This document shows positions 11,167 through 21,728 of a stretch of DNA of 64,000 bases, in pieces. This stretch comes from an uncultured Candidatus Actinomarinales bacterium. Lineage in GTDB: Bacteria > Actinomycetota > Acidimicrobiia > Actinomarinales > Actinomarinaceae. Under the pieces are notes generated by a model. The model made no database searches and was not told where the DNA came from. It saw only the letters and a program-made list of their open reading frames with translations. A program made the translations under genes and the position numbers. Position 1 is the first letter of the stretch; every line of letters begins with the position of its first letter. Location of the stretch: assembly GCA_943789065.1 (NCBI GenBank), contig CALSSQ010000001.1, positions 651,827 through 715,826 of the forward strand. The letters run 5' to 3'.

Positions 11167-13753
11167 TAAGAGTATTTAAAGTTTCATTAATAGTGTCAAT
11201 TTCTAATGTAACATTAGCGAGGTTTTTCTTTTCTTGTTGAATCAATTCAGGTTTTGCATTTTCTACAAACTTTTTATTATCTAAACGCGATTTTGAGACA
11301 TCTAGAGTTTTACTGAGTTCAGCTAATTTTTTGTTCAATTTTTTCTTTTCGACTTCAATATCAATATACTCTCCAGGAACTAGTCCAAACTTAAAGTTCT
11401 GATGCTGAAAAACTACTAAATTCTTCTCTTTAGAAAAGATATCACTATCTTTCTGAACGGTACACTTTGTTAGTACCTCTAGCTGCATTATGAACCAGTC
11501 TTCAAAATTCGTTGAACTATGTAGTTCAATGGATTGTGAATTTTTAAGTCCATACGTAACTTTAAAGTTTCGTATCTGACTAATTATATTTTTCAGTGCT
11601 TCTACTTCTTGTGTATCATTTTGATTGATTTTATATTTATCAGGCCATACATTGTCAATTAGTAAAGTTTCATCAAATGAACTCCATATTTCCTCTGTGA
11701 TGTGCGGCATTGCTGGATTTAAAATCTTTAATGATTTTAAAAATACAGATCTCAGGACATAGCTAGTTTCTTCTTTATTAATATTGTTTGTAATAAGATT
11801 TTTAGATAATTCAAAATACCAATCAAACAGATCTGACCATAGAAAATTATAAAATACTTTATAGGCATCAGATACTTTATAGTCATTGAATAAGAGTTCG
11901 AATTCATTTAATACTTGGTTAAATCTTGTGAGTATCCATATATTTTCCTTACTTATAATCTCATCATTTTTTAGATCATCAGAGTCGTCTGTGTAAAGAT
12001 GTACAAATTTTGCAGCATTCCAAATCTTGTTACCAAATTTTTTGGCTGCTACGGTCCACTCTTCATCGAATGGGACATCTTGACCTGGTGATGCCTTTTC
12101 TATTAAAGAAAACCTTAGTGCATCCGCCCCATGATTTACAGATAACTCTAGAGGGTCAATTGTATTACCTAAACTTTTGGACATTTTACGACCTTTTGAA
12201 TCTCTTACTAAACCATGAATTAATATATCTTGAAAAGGTACCTCTTTCTGAACATGTAAACCCATCATTATCATCCTGGCTACCCAAAAAAATATAATAT
12301 CAAATCCTGTAACTAGTAATGAAGTTGGGTAATATTGTTTTAATTTATCAGTATCCTCTGGCCAACCAAGGGTTGAAAATGGCCACAATGCTGACGAGAA
12401 CCATGTATCGAGGACATCTTCATCTTGAATAAGAGCTATCTCGTTCGATAGATTATTTTTACTTCTCACATCTTCTTCTGATAAACCCACATATATGTTG
12501 CCATTATCGTCATACCAAGCTGGAATTCTATGTCCCCACCATATTTGTCTTGATATACACCAGTCTTGAATGTTGTACATCCATTCAAAATAAGTCTTTT
12601 CCCAGTTTTTTGGGATAAACTTAATTTCATCGGTCTCAACAGCTTTAATTGCATCCTTAGCAATATCTTTAGTTTTAACAAACCATTGTTCTGTAATCAT
12701 GGGTTCAAGTATGCTTTTTGACCTATCTCCTATTGGTATTTGATTTGTATAATCATCGATCTTTTCAACTTGATCAAGCTTTTGTAATTCTTGAATAATT
12801 ATTTTTCTTGCTTCGAACCTATCAAGCCCCCTTAGATTTTTGGGGATAAACTCGTCATTAGAAATTGAACCATCAAGATTCATACAACTAATTAATTCTA
12901 GTGAATGCTTAATGCCAATCTCGTAATCATTAAAATCATGTGCTGGTGTAATTTTTACACAGCCTGATCCAAATTCGATATCAACATATTCATCTGCAAT
13001 TATTGGAACTTCTCTATTAACTAAAGGGATGATTGCTTTTTTGCCGATTAATTTTTTATACCGTTCATCATTAGGATTAACAGCAATTGCTGAATCTCCT
13101 AATAATGTTTCGGGACGTGTTGTTGCGATTACTAAATGCTCATCTCCTACTTTGTATCTGAGATTCCATAGTTTTCCCTGCTTAGAAGTCATGTTTACTT
13201 CCAGATCAGAGACTGCAGACATGAGTGTTGTGTCCCAGTTAACCATCCGAGTTCCTTTGTATATCAGATCTTTTTCGTACAAATCAACGAATACCTGCTG
13301 AACAGCATCGGAAAGACCTTCATCCATAGTAAATCTTTCCATACTCCAATCACAGCTCATACCAAGTGTTTTCATTTGATTTGAAATATTCTCACCAGAT
13401 GTCTCTTTCCACTTCCATACTTCATCAATAAATTTGTCTCTGCCAAGTAACTCTTTACTTGTGCCTTGAGAAGATAGTTCTTTTTCGACAAGTAATTGGG
13501 TAATAATTCCAGCATGATCTGTTCCGGGAACCCATAATGCTTCAAACCCATTTAGCCTTTTATATCTAACTAGAACGTCAATAATAGAGTGCTCCAAGGC
13601 ATGCCCCATATGTAGAGATCCCGTTACGTTTGGTGGAGGGATAACTATAGAAAATTGCTTATCTGAAGGTTTAGGCTTAAATTTATTTTGGTCTTCCCAG
13701 ACTTGTTGCCATTTTTTTTCTATTTTTAGTGGCTCGTATTGTTCATCTCGCAT
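11159..13753 (-). CDS. valS: valine--tRNA ligase
   Basis: PPPNVTGSLHMGH, DWCISRQ, KMSKS, C-terminal coiled coil. Confidence 0.98.
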   Translation of the reverse strand: MRDEQYEPLKIEKKWQQVWEDQNKFKPKPSDKQFSIVIPPPNVTGSLHMGHALEHSIIDVLVRYKRLNGFEALWVPGTDHAGIITQLLVEKELSSQGTSKELLGRDKFIDEVWKWKETSGENISNQMKTLGMSCDWSMERFTMDEGLSDAVQQVFVDLYEKDLIYKGTRMVNWDTTLMSAVSDLEVNMTSKQGKLWNLRYKVGDEHLVIATTRPETLLGDSAIAVNPNDERYKKLIGKKAIIPLVNREVPIIADEYVDIEFGSGCVKITPAHDFNDYEIGIKHSLELISCMNLDGSISNDEFIPKNLRGLDRFEARKIIIQELQKLDQVEKIDDYTNQIPIGDRSKSILEPMITEQWFVKTKDIAKDAIKAVETDEIKFIPKNWEKTYFEWMYNIQDWCISRQIWWGHRIPAWYDDNGNIYVGLSEEDVRSKNNLSNEIALIQDEDVLDTWFSSALWPFSTLGWPEDTDKLKQYYPTSLLVTGFDIIFFWVARMIMMGLHVQKEVPFQDILIHGLVRDSKGRKMSKSLGNTIDPLELSVNHGADALRFSLIEKASPGQDVPFDEEWTVAAKKFGNKIWNAAKFVHLYTDDSDDLKNDEIISKENIWILTRFNQVLNEFELLFNDYKVSDAYKVFYNFLWSDLFDWYFELSKNLITNNINKEETSYVLRSVFLKSLKILNPAMPHITEEIWSSFDETLLIDNVWPDKYKINQNDTQEVEALKNIISQIRNFKVTYGLKNSQSIELHSSTNFEDWFIMQLEVLTKCTVQKDSDIFSKEKNLVVFQHQNFKFGLVPGEYIDIEVEKKKLNKKLAELSKTLDVSKSRLDNKKFVENAKPELIQQEKKNLANVTLEIDTINETLNTLNG

Positions 13754-13757
13754 GTAA

Positions 13758-15026
13758 CTATGCAGGTTTTGAATTTTTAGAATCTTTGTTTGGATTTAAA
13801 ACTAGCTTGGGCTGGATACCATCAAGAACATTTTCTTTATCTAAGATAATCTGATCTATATCTTTTCTTGATGGAGATTCATACATTTCATTTAATAGTA
13901 TTTTTTCGAGTATTGACCTTAAACCTCTTGCTCCTGTATTTCTTTCCAGTGCTAAGTCAGCAAGAGCATCAAGTGAGTCATCTGTAAATATTAAATCAAT
14001 ATCATCTAACGCAAACATTTTTTTAAATTGTTTAGTAATTGCATTCTTTGGCTCTGTCAAAATTTTAATAAGTGACTCTTTTTCCAATTCATTTACATTC
14101 GTGACAATAGGAAGTCTTCCAATAAACTCTGGAATTAAACCAAACTTTATTAAATCTTTAGTCTCAACATTTTGAAATATTTCATTTTGATTTATTTTGC
14201 TAGTGCCATCTAAGGAAGCTGAGAAGCCAATTGAATTCTCGCCTAATCTCTTAGTTATAATTTCTTCAAGCCCATCAAATGCACCACCAACAATAAATAA
14301 GATGTTGGTCGTATCTATTTGGAGATACTCTTGTTGAGGATGTTTTCTACCACCTTGGGGTGGAACCTGGGCTACAGTACCTTCTAATATTTTTAACAGT
14401 GCTTGCTGGACTCCTTCACCGGACACATCTCGTGTTATTGAAGGATTATCAGATTTTCTGGTAATCTTGTCTATTTCATCAATGTAAATTATGCCTTTTT
14501 CTGCTTTTTGGATATCGAAATCTGCAGCATTTATTAGTGAAAGTAATATGTTTTCAACATCTTCACCAACATAACCCGCTTCAGTAAGCGTAGTAGCATC
14601 TGCTATAGCGAATGGTACATTTAATATCTTTGCAAGCGTTTGCGCCAATAGAGTTTTACCGCTTCCTGTTGGTCCTAAAATTAAAACGTTAGATTTTTGT
14701 ATTTCGAGATCATCTTTAATTGTGTCGTCTTTATAAATTCTTTTGTAATGATTATAAACAGCAACCGCAAGCGTTTTCTTTGCATCGTTTTGACCTATAA
14801 CAAATTCATTTAAAGAATGATTAATTTCTTTAGGTAATGGAAGATTTACTTCGTCGGTGTTTTCAATTGAGTCAATTTTCTCTTCTTCAATGATTTCAGT
14901 ACAAAGCTCAATACATTCATCACAAATGTAAACACCTGGACCAGCAATTAATTTAATTACTTGTTTCTGAGATTTTCCACAGAAACTACATTTTAGAGGT
15001 TCGGATGACGATTCTTTATTAGCCAT
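13758..15026 (-). CDS. clpX: ATP-dependent Clp protease ATP-binding subunit ClpX
   Basis: CSFCGK zinc finger, [38 protein letters not shown] loop. Confidence 0.98.
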   Translation of the reverse strand: MANKESSSEPLKCSFCGKSQKQVIKLIAGPGVYICDECIELCTEIIEEEKIDSIENTDEVNLPLPKEINHSLNEFVIGQNDAKKTLAVAVYNHYKRIYKDDTIKDDLEIQKSNVLILGPTGSGKTLLAQTLAKILNVPFAIADATTLTEAGYVGEDVENILLSLINAADFDIQKAEKGIIYIDEIDKITRKSDNPSITRDVSGEGVQQALLKILEGTVAQVPPQGGRKHPQQEYLQIDTTNILFIVGGAFDGLEEIITKRLGENSIGFSASLDGTSKINQNEIFQNVETKDLIKFGLIPEFIGRLPIVTNVNELEKESLIKILTEPKNAITKQFKKMFALDDIDLIFTDDSLDALADLALERNTGARGLRSILEKILLNEMYESPSRKDIDQIILDKENVLDGIQPKLVLNPNKDSKNSKPA

Positions 15027-15044
15027 ATTTACTACCCTGTTATT

Positions 15045-15662
15045 TTATTTTTTGTCGACTAACTCCCTTTGAGTTAGTACTTCATCTACTATACCGTATT
15101 CTAAAGCTTCTTGTGCAGTCATCCAAAAATCCCTATCAGTATCAGCAGTAACTTTCTCTACATCCTGATTGGTAAAATCTGCCAATAATTGGTTTAGTTG
15201 AGTTCTCATTGAGACAATTAAGTCAAAATTCCTCTCCATATCAGCTACAGTTCCTTCCATACCTCCAGATGGTTGATGGAGCATAATCCTTGCATTTGGA
15301 AGACTATATCTTTTACCTTTAGTTCCACCAGCTAAAATTACTGATGCAGCCGAGGCTGCAAGCCCCATACAGACTGTTGAAATATCTGGTCTGATATAGT
15401 TCATTGTGTCAAAAATTGTAAACAATGAAGTAATAGAGCCACCTGGTGAGTTGATATACATAAAGATATCTTTTTCAGGATCTTCTGATTCTAGATGTAA
15501 TAACTGAGCCATGATTGAGTTAGCTACACCGTCATCGATCGGCGTACCAAGAAAAATAATTCTATCTTTCAATAGCCTTGAATATATATCAAAAGCTCTT
15601 TCTCCCCTACTGGTATTTTCAATAACTGTAGGTATTACATAATTTGAAGGTATTTTTTCCAT
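15045..15662 (-). CDS. clpP: ATP-dependent Clp protease proteolytic subunit
   Basis: [25 protein letters not shown] catalytic Ser, MLHQP, DRD. Confidence 0.97.
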   Translation of the reverse strand: MEKIPSNYVIPTVIENTSRGERAFDIYSRLLKDRIIFLGTPIDDGVANSIMAQLLHLESEDPEKDIFMYINSPGGSITSLFTIFDTMNYIRPDISTVCMGLAASAASVILAGGTKGKRYSLPNARIMLHQPSGGMEGTVADMERNFDLIVSMRTQLNQLLADFTNQDVEKVTADTDRDFWMTAQEALEYGIVDEVLTQRELVDKK

Positions 15663-15663
15663 T

Positions 15664-16983
15664 TTATTCTTCCTCTCCTAAATCTGTATCCCTATTGTAT
15701 ACATCCTGTAGGTATACTTTTTCGCCGTCCTTATCAACTGAGATACCTTGTTGTAATATGTGAAGCATCGCTTTGTTACGAAGAGATTCAGCTTCTAAAT
15801 TCATCCTGTGGCTACTTTGATCAGAATCTTCCGCATCATCTTTGTGGGTAACCATGTGTTCGTCAACCAATGCGATATCCTTCTCATCAAGCTTCATGTC
15901 TAAATCTGCGATAACTTTATCAAGTATTAGTACCATTGTTAAATTTCTTGAAGCTTGTTTATTGAGGTCATCTCTGAGTGTTTCTTCAGTTAATCCAGTT
16001 ATTTTAAAATAATCTTCTAATTGAATATTGCTTTGCTTTAATTCATTTAGAAAATTTTGTAGAATACTATCCATTTCTGCAATTACTAATTGTTCAGGAA
16101 GTTTCATGTCTACCTCTTCAATTAGCTTATTTGTAAGTTGACCTTGATACTGAGATGCTATCTGTTGTTTTTTAACATTCTCAATATTTACTACCAGTTC
16201 TTTTTTTAGAGAATCAACATTCTCGAACTCAGTAGTATCAGAAACCCATTCATCGGTTAATTCAGGTAGTATCTTTTCTCTAACTTCCTTTAATAAAACA
16301 GTCACCTCAACATTCTCTTCATTTAGTTGTGGGATAGAATCATTAAATTTTATAATAGCCCCAGGTGCAACTCCTTCGAGTTTGGAGTCTAAAGATGGAG
16401 TAAGAGCACCAGTTCCGACTTCATAAAGGTAGTCATTATATGTAAAATCTTTTACTTCAACACCATTTTTTGTTGCTGATAAGTTCATCATCGCAAAGTC
16501 TCCAGAATTGAGTGGCCTTTCAACTTTAGAAACCTCTGCAAATTGTGATTTTATTCTCTCTATCTGATCTGCGATTTCGTCATCTGTAGGTGTAATTGAA
16601 TCAACCTCTACTGTTTGACTAAGTTTTGGTAATTTCGAAAGCGTTGGCCAGAGAGTAATCAAAACATTTACATCAAAATGACTTTTTTCTTTTTTAATTT
16701 CTTTAATAGCGGGTCTAGTTGCTGGTGATATTTCTTCATCATTGAGAATAGAAAATAATGTTTGTGGTAAAAATAGTTCTATGGCTTCTTCATTTATATA
16801 ATCTTCTCCAACTTCCCTTTTTACAATATTGGCAGGAATTTTTCCAGTCCTGAACCCGTCCACTTTAATTTGTTTACCAATTTTTTTTATGGCTTCATCT
16901 CTATGATCATCTAGGTCTTCAAGTTCGACCTTGATTTCAAGATTCTTTTCGAATTCTGATTCTTTTTTAATCTTATATTTCAA
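15664..16983 (-). CDS. tig: trigger factor
   Basis: GFRTGK ribosome-binding signature; tig-clpP-clpX order; TTG start after AGGAG. Confidence 0.92.
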   Translation of the reverse strand: MKYKIKKESEFEKNLEIKVELEDLDDHRDEAIKKIGKQIKVDGFRTGKIPANIVKREVGEDYINEEAIELFLPQTLFSILNDEEISPATRPAIKEIKKEKSHFDVNVLITLWPTLSKLPKLSQTVEVDSITPTDDEIADQIERIKSQFAEVSKVERPLNSGDFAMMNLSATKNGVEVKDFTYNDYLYEVGTGALTPSLDSKLEGVAPGAIIKFNDSIPQLNEENVEVTVLLKEVREKILPELTDEWVSDTTEFENVDSLKKELVVNIENVKKQQIASQYQGQLTNKLIEEVDMKLPEQLVIAEMDSILQNFLNELKQSNIQLEDYFKITGLTEETLRDDLNKQASRNLTMVLILDKVIADLDMKLDEKDIALVDEHMVTHKDDAEDSDQSSHRMNLEAESLRNKAMLHILQQGISVDKDGEKVYLQDVYNRDTDLGEEE

Positions 16984-17005
16984 TTTTCTCCTTAATTAAT
17001 AAAAT

Positions 17006-17083
17006 TGGGGTGATCGACGGGATTCGAACCCGCGACATCCTGGACCACAACCAGGTGCTCTAACCAACTGAGCTACGACCACC
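17006..17083 (-). tRNA. tRNA-His(GTG)
   Basis: Cloverleaf with anticodon arm CCTGG-TTGTGGT-CCAGG, encoded G-1 and CCA. Confidence 0.95.
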
Positions 17084-17088
17084 ACGCG

Positions 17089-17162
17089 CGCTCTCGATAG
17101 GACTCGAACCTATAACCTACAGATTAGAAGTCTGTTGCTCTATCCATTTGAGCTACGAGAGC
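17089..17162 (-). tRNA. tRNA-Arg(TCT)
   Basis: Anticodon arm ACAGA-CTTCTAA-TCTGT, GGTTCGAGTCC T-arm. Confidence 0.95.
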
Positions 17163-17166
17163 CTCG

Positions 17167-17237
17167 AGCGGGTGAAGGGGATCGAACCCTCATAGCCAGC
17201 TTGGAAGGCTGGAGCTTTGCCATTAAGCTACACCCGC
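17167..17237 (-). tRNA. tRNA-Gly(TCC)
   Basis: Anticodon arm CCAGC-CTTCCAA-GCTGG, GCGGGTG acceptor stem. Confidence 0.95.
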
Positions 17238-17251
17238 AATAATGCGATTCG

Positions 17252-17326
17252 TCGGGCTGGTGAGATTCGAACTCACGACCTCCTGCTCCCAAAGCAGGCG
17301 CTCTAGCCAAGCTGAGCCACAGCCCG
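17252..17326 (-). tRNA. tRNA-Pro(TGG)
   Basis: Anticodon arm CCTGC-TTTGGGA-GCAGG, CGGGCTG acceptor stem. Confidence 0.95.
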
Positions 17327-17421
17327 TACGTCTAATTATTGTTCCATGATACTGGTTTTATGGAAACAATTAATTAAAAAATAATAGTTAAGTAATCTTA
17401 CTTCGGTTAATCTGTATAAAA

Positions 17422-17494
17422 GGGTCGCTAGCTCAACTGGCAGAGCATCGGACTCTTAATCCGCAGGTTCGGGGTTCAAGTCCCCGGCGACCCA
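17422..17494 (+). tRNA. tRNA-Lys(CTT)
   Basis: GGGTCGC acceptor stem, anticodon loop CTCTTAA, GGTTCAAGTCC. Confidence 0.95.
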
Positions 17495-17506
17495 CGCGAC
17501 ATTTTA

Positions 17507-17589
17507 GCGGATGTGGCGGAACTGGTAGACGCGCTGGATTTAGGATCCAGTGAGCTTTGCTCGTGGAGGTTCGAGTCCTCTCATCCGCA
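17507..17589 (+). tRNA. tRNA-Leu(TAG)
   Basis: Anticodon arm CTGGA-TTTAGGA-TCCAG with long variable arm. Confidence 0.95.
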
Positions 17590-17606
17590 CAGATTTTTAA
17601 GTTGAA

Positions 17607-18092
17607 TTAAGCTTCAACCACAAGTTCGGTAGAACTAGCTGTGGCATATACTTTTCCATCTTTGTCAGCAAGTGACCCCTTAACAAAAATAACTTTTCTA
17701 CCTACTTTTTCGATAATCGCAGTAGCAGTTACTTCACCGGTTTTTATAGTCATTGGTCTTAAATAATTTACTCTGATATCCGTTGTCATTGTTAGAAATC
17801 CTTTATCAACCTGACAGTTTGCTGAAATACTATTGCAAGAATCTAATAAAGTAGCAGCTAGTCCTCCGTGTACTGTGCCTAGAGGGTTGTAATGAAATTC
17901 TTGAGGTGTAATAGTAAAGGTTACTTGCCCTTTATCATCAATATCTATCTCAGAAAAACCCATTAACGCACCTATCGGAACATTTTCCATAGGTAGGTCT
18001 CTAAAAAATTCCATTCTTTGGAAACGGTCGAGACTTATTAATTTTTGAACAGCATCTTGGGGTAAATTCCAGCTAAATGTTCTTTCACTCAT
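17607..18092 (-). CDS. PaaI family thioesterase (hotdog fold)
   Basis: NPLGTVHGGLAATLLD motif; overlaps the acs stop. Confidence 0.9.
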   Translation of the reverse strand: MSERTFSWNLPQDAVQKLISLDRFQRMEFFRDLPMENVPIGALMGFSEIDIDDKGQVTFTITPQEFHYNPLGTVHGGLAATLLDSCNSISANCQVDKGFLTMTTDIRVNYLRPMTIKTGEVTATAIIEKVGRKVIFVKGSLADKDGKVYATASSTELVVEA

Positions 18093-20031
18093 CGTCGGAA
18101 TCTATCGCTCTCGATTGTAGCTCAGAGACTATGTCAGCATTAGCCAATGTAGTAACATCGCCTAGTTTTCTCTCCTCTGAAATATCTTTGAGAAGCCTAC
18201 GCATAATTTTACCACTTCGAGTTTTTGGTAAGTCTGCGGTTATCACGATACTTTTTGGTTTAGCTATCGGTCCAATTTTATCACTTACATGTTGCCTTAA
18301 TTCCGAGATTAAATTTTCATCACCTTGATCAGTTCCTATTAAAGAAACAAATGCTGCAATCGCTTCGCCTGATATCTCATCAGATCTTCCAATTACAGCA
18401 GCCTCAGCTACTGCTTCATGTGAGACTAAAGCACTTTCAACCTCAGCTGTTGAAATTCTATGTCCTGAAATATTCATAACGTCGTCTACTCTGCCTAAAA
18501 GCCATACATAGCCTTCATCATCATATTTCGCTCCATCGCCAGCAAAATATAGACCTTTATGTTGTGACCAATAAGTATCAATATATCTCTGATCATCCCC
18601 ATACACTGTTCTTAACATTGATGGCCATGGTGTTTTAATAGCCAAATAACCACCTTCTCCTTTACCAACTTCGTTTCCTTTTTCGTCTATGATGGCAGAC
18701 TCTATTCCTGGAAGAGGTCCACATGCAGACCCAGGCTTAGTATCGGTTATTCCTGGTAATGGTGAAATCATAATGGAACCCGTTTCCGTTTGCCACCAGG
18801 TATCAACAATTGCGCATTGCTCGTTACCTATATTTTGGTGATACCACATCCATGCCTCAGGATTAATTGGCTCACCAACTGTACCTAAAAGTCTCAGTGA
18901 TGATAGGTCATGAGCTTGCGGATGTTCTACTCCCCATTTCATAAATGCCCTAATAGCGGTTGGTGCTGTGTAGAAAATATTTACCTTATACTTTTCAATT
19001 ATATTCCATAGTCTTTTCTCATCTGGAGCATTAGGAGCTCCCTCGTACATCACACTTGTAGTTTTATTTGCAAGAGGTCCATAAACAATATAACTATGGC
19101 CAGTAACCCAACCACAATCAGCAGCACACCAATAAATATCGTCATCTTTGATGTCAAAAACTTCATGGTGAGTCGTTGTAACTCCAGTTAGATATCCTGC
19201 CTGGGTGTGAACTATTCCTTTCGGTTTCGCTGTAGTACCGGATGTGTAAAGAATGTAAAGCATATCTTCAGCATTCATTACTTCAGGTTCACATTCTGAA
19301 GATTCATTTTTTGTAATGTCTTCGTACCAGTGATCTCTACCTTCAACCATTGAGATTTCTTGATTGGTTCTTTTAACTACAATTACATTTTCTATGTATT
19401 CAGTCAATGAAAGAGATCCGTCAACATTTTCTTTTAGAGGCACTATATCTCCCCTTCTCCAGGCACCATCAGCAGTAATGACTAATTTAGCTTGTGCGTC
19501 GTTAATTCTATCAGCTAAAGCTTCTGACGAAAAGCCTCCGAAAACAACTGAATGGACCGCTCCTATTCTTGCACAAGCTAGCATTGATACAACTATTTCA
19601 GGAGTCATGCCGAGGTAGATTGCTACCCTATCACCCTTTCCAACATTTAATTTTTTTAGTGCGTTTGAAAGCCTACAAACTCTTTCATACAGATCTTGAT
19701 AAGTAATTTCCTGAGTATCTCCGGGCTCCCCTTCCCAGTAAAATGCTACTCTGTCAGCATCAGTTTCAAGATGTCTGTCCAAACAGTTATACGAAAGGTT
19801 CAGCTCTCCATCTTTGAACCATTTGTAAAAAGGTGCATTTGAATCATCTAAAACTTCTGTTGGTTCTTTGTACCACGTAATACGTTCAAGGGCTTGTTTT
19901 TTCCAAAACTCTATACGGTCTTCATTTGCTTCTGTAAACCAATCACTTGTTGCATTTGCATTGTTAACAAGATTTTCAGATGGGCTAAATTTTCTATTTT
20001 CTTCTAATAGGTTTTCTATTTTTTCATTCAT
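18085..20031 (-). CDS. acs: acetyl-CoA synthetase
   Basis: YTSGTTAKPKG, GEPINPEAW, DTWWQTETG, LPKTRSGKIMRR. Confidence 0.97.
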   Translation of the reverse strand: MNEKIENLLEENRKFSPSENLVNNANATSDWFTEANEDRIEFWKKQALERITWYKEPTEVLDDSNAPFYKWFKDGELNLSYNCLDRHLETDADRVAFYWEGEPGDTQEITYQDLYERVCRLSNALKKLNVGKGDRVAIYLGMTPEIVVSMLACARIGAVHSVVFGGFSSEALADRINDAQAKLVITADGAWRRGDIVPLKENVDGSLSLTEYIENVIVVKRTNQEISMVEGRDHWYEDITKNESSECEPEVMNAEDMLYILYTSGTTAKPKGIVHTQAGYLTGVTTTHHEVFDIKDDDIYWCAADCGWVTGHSYIVYGPLANKTTSVMYEGAPNAPDEKRLWNIIEKYKVNIFYTAPTAIRAFMKWGVEHPQAHDLSSLRLLGTVGEPINPEAWMWYHQNIGNEQCAIVDTWWQTETGSIMISPLPGITDTKPGSACGPLPGIESAIIDEKGNEVGKGEGGYLAIKTPWPSMLRTVYGDDQRYIDTYWSQHKGLYFAGDGAKYDDEGYVWLLGRVDDVMNISGHRISTAEVESALVSHEAVAEAAVIGRSDEISGEAIAAFVSLIGTDQGDENLISELRQHVSDKIGPIAKPKSIVITADLPKTRSGKIMRRLLKDISEERKLGDVTTLANADIVSELQSRAIDSDDE

Positions 20032-20082
20032 AGGAATACTCCTTTTTTATAAGTATAAATAAAAAAATTAGAAAATATCTAA

Positions 20083-21639
20083 TTAGCTTGTCATAAAATA
20101 ATAATTAAATCCATCACAAAGCGCATTCCATGAGGCATTGATAATATTTTCATGGACACCTATAGTGCTCCAGTTTTTAGTTGTATCTGTAAATTCAATT
20201 AAGACCCTTGTTTTTGCTTCGGTACCATCAGAAGAATCAATAATTCTTACTTTGTAATCAACTAATTTGATGGTTGTAACATTTGGGTAATCAGCCTCTA
20301 ATGCTGCTACAAGGGCCTTACTTAGAGCGTCTACAGGGCCGACCCCCTCACCAGTTGTGACGTATCTATTCTCATTGACAATTAATTTTGTTACAGCTTC
20401 TGAGATAACATTTTCCGAATTGCGCCTTTCTGAAAATACACGAAAACTCTCAAAACTAAAAAACTCTGGAACTACATTTTTTACTTTATTCATAAGTAAA
20501 AATAAAGATGCATCTGCAGCCTCAAATTGATATCCTGCATGTTCTAAATTCTGCACATGATTAATTAATTCTTTCGCATCATCATTTGAAAACTCTAAAC
20601 CAAACTCATTTGCTTTAGTAATTACACTTGCCCTACCAGCTAGTTCTGAGACCGTAGTTCGTGTATAGTTCCCTACAGCAGAAGAGTCAATGTGTTCGTA
20701 TAGTGAGCTGTCTTTAGCCATACCGGAAGCATGTAATCCAGCTTTGTGAGTAAAAGCAGCTGAACCAACATATGGCTGTCTAGAATCGATAGTGATATTG
20801 ACTAGTTCAGCAATGTGATTTGCTATAGGTGTTAGCTTTTTTAAAGATTCTAAATTTATTGTTTCATGACCCATTTTTAAAGATAAGTTTGGTACAAGAG
20901 TACAAAGATCCGCATTTCCAGTTCTCTCTCCATAGCCGTTCATGGTCCCTTGAACATGGTTCACTCCCAAATTGACTGCTGCCATGGAATTTGTAACTGC
21001 ACATCCATTATCATTTTGAAAATGTACACCAAACTTTTGGCCTTCATACCTTGGCAATATTTCGGTTAATATTGCAGTGACTTCTGACGGTAATGTTCCT
21101 CCATTTGTATCACAAAATATGAAACAATCTACACCAGCAGCCATAACTGCATCCATTATTTCAAGACTTGTTTTGGAGTCCTCTTTATATCCATCAAAAA
21201 AATGCTCAGCATCAAAAAAGACTTTTTTGCCTTTGGAACTAAGATGTTCAATTGTGTCAACAGCCATTTCTATAGCAGTTTTAACATCAGTTTGAATTGC
21301 TTTTGTAATATGTAAATTTGATGATTTTCCTACAATACAGACATACTCTGTTCCAGAGTCAATGAGCGCCTGGACTTGTGGATCTTCATCAACTTTTGAA
21401 TTTAGTTTTCTTGTAGATCCAAAACTTACTAGTTTTGCATTTTTAAGTTTAAGTTCAGTTTTAGCCCTATCAAAAAATTCTTCTTCTTTGGGTGAAGCAC
21501 CCGGCCAGCCACCCTCTATAAAGGCTACACCTAGTTCATCAAGTAATTCTGCAATAGCAAGCTTGTCCTTCACAGAAGGTGATATCCCTTCCTGCTGAAA
21601 GCCATCTCTCAAAGTTGTATCAAATATATCTATTTTCAT
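20083..21639 (-). CDS. cimA: citramalate synthase (LeuA-like)
   Basis: DTTLRDG, IEGGWPG, FGST, DAEHFFDG, CDTNGG and HKAGLH are diagnostic for the CimA subfamily; C-terminal regulatory domain; real start is ATG 21639. Confidence 0.88.
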   Translation of the reverse strand: MKIDIFDTTLRDGFQQEGISPSVKDKLAIAELLDELGVAFIEGGWPGASPKEEEFFDRAKTELKLKNAKLVSFGSTRKLNSKVDEDPQVQALIDSGTEYVCIVGKSSNLHITKAIQTDVKTAIEMAVDTIEHLSSKGKKVFFDAEHFFDGYKEDSKTSLEIMDAVMAAGVDCFIFCDTNGGTLPSEVTAILTEILPRYEGQKFGVHFQNDNGCAVTNSMAAVNLGVNHVQGTMNGYGERTGNADLCTLVPNLSLKMGHETINLESLKKLTPIANHIAELVNITIDSRQPYVGSAAFTHKAGLHASGMAKDSSLYEHIDSSAVGNYTRTTVSELAGRASVITKANEFGLEFSNDDAKELINHVQNLEHAGYQFEAADASLFLLMNKVKNVVPEFFSFESFRVFSERRNSENVISEAVTKLIVNENRYVTTGEGVGPVDALSKALVAALEADYPNVTTIKLVDYKVRIIDSSDGTEAKTRVLIEFTDTTKNWSTIGVHENIINASWNALCDGFNYYFMTS

Positions 21640-21643
21640 ATCT

Positions 21644-21670
21644 AAAAAAAAACCCCTGCCATGCAAGGGT
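21644..21670 (-). terminator. intrinsic terminator of the cimA attenuator
   Basis: Minus strand ACCCTTGC-ATG-GCAGGGGT running into a T9 tract that ends 4 nt before the cimA ATG. Confidence 0.8.
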
Positions 21671-21692
21671 AACAACGATACGTTCGTTGTCC

Positions 21693-21719
21693 TTAATTAA
21701 TAATTATGATATTCATCAT
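21693..21719 (-). promoter_or_regulatory. Ile-rich attenuator leader peptide MMNIIIIN
   Basis: ATG ATG AAT ATC ATA ATT ATT AAT TAA, followed by alternative hairpins and a terminator upstream of an Ile-pathway gene. Confidence 0.85.
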
Positions 21720-21728
21720 GTAACAATA

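Noticed and set aside
17006..17606. tRNA cluster as an integration site
   Set aside because: No integrase, no duplicated tRNA 3' end seen, and the flanks are housekeeping genes. The same holds for tRNA-fMet at 34485-34561.
20083..21639. Annotation as leuA (2-isopropylmalate synthase)
   Set aside because: The GGWPG and DAEHFFDG motifs and the Ile-codon (not Leu-codon) leader favour citramalate synthase.
21640..21675. N-terminal extension MLPLHGRGFFLD of cimA and ORF 21579-21773 in the ORF track
   Set aside because: The sequence is the attenuator hairpin and T-tract; the family-consistent start is ATG 21639.
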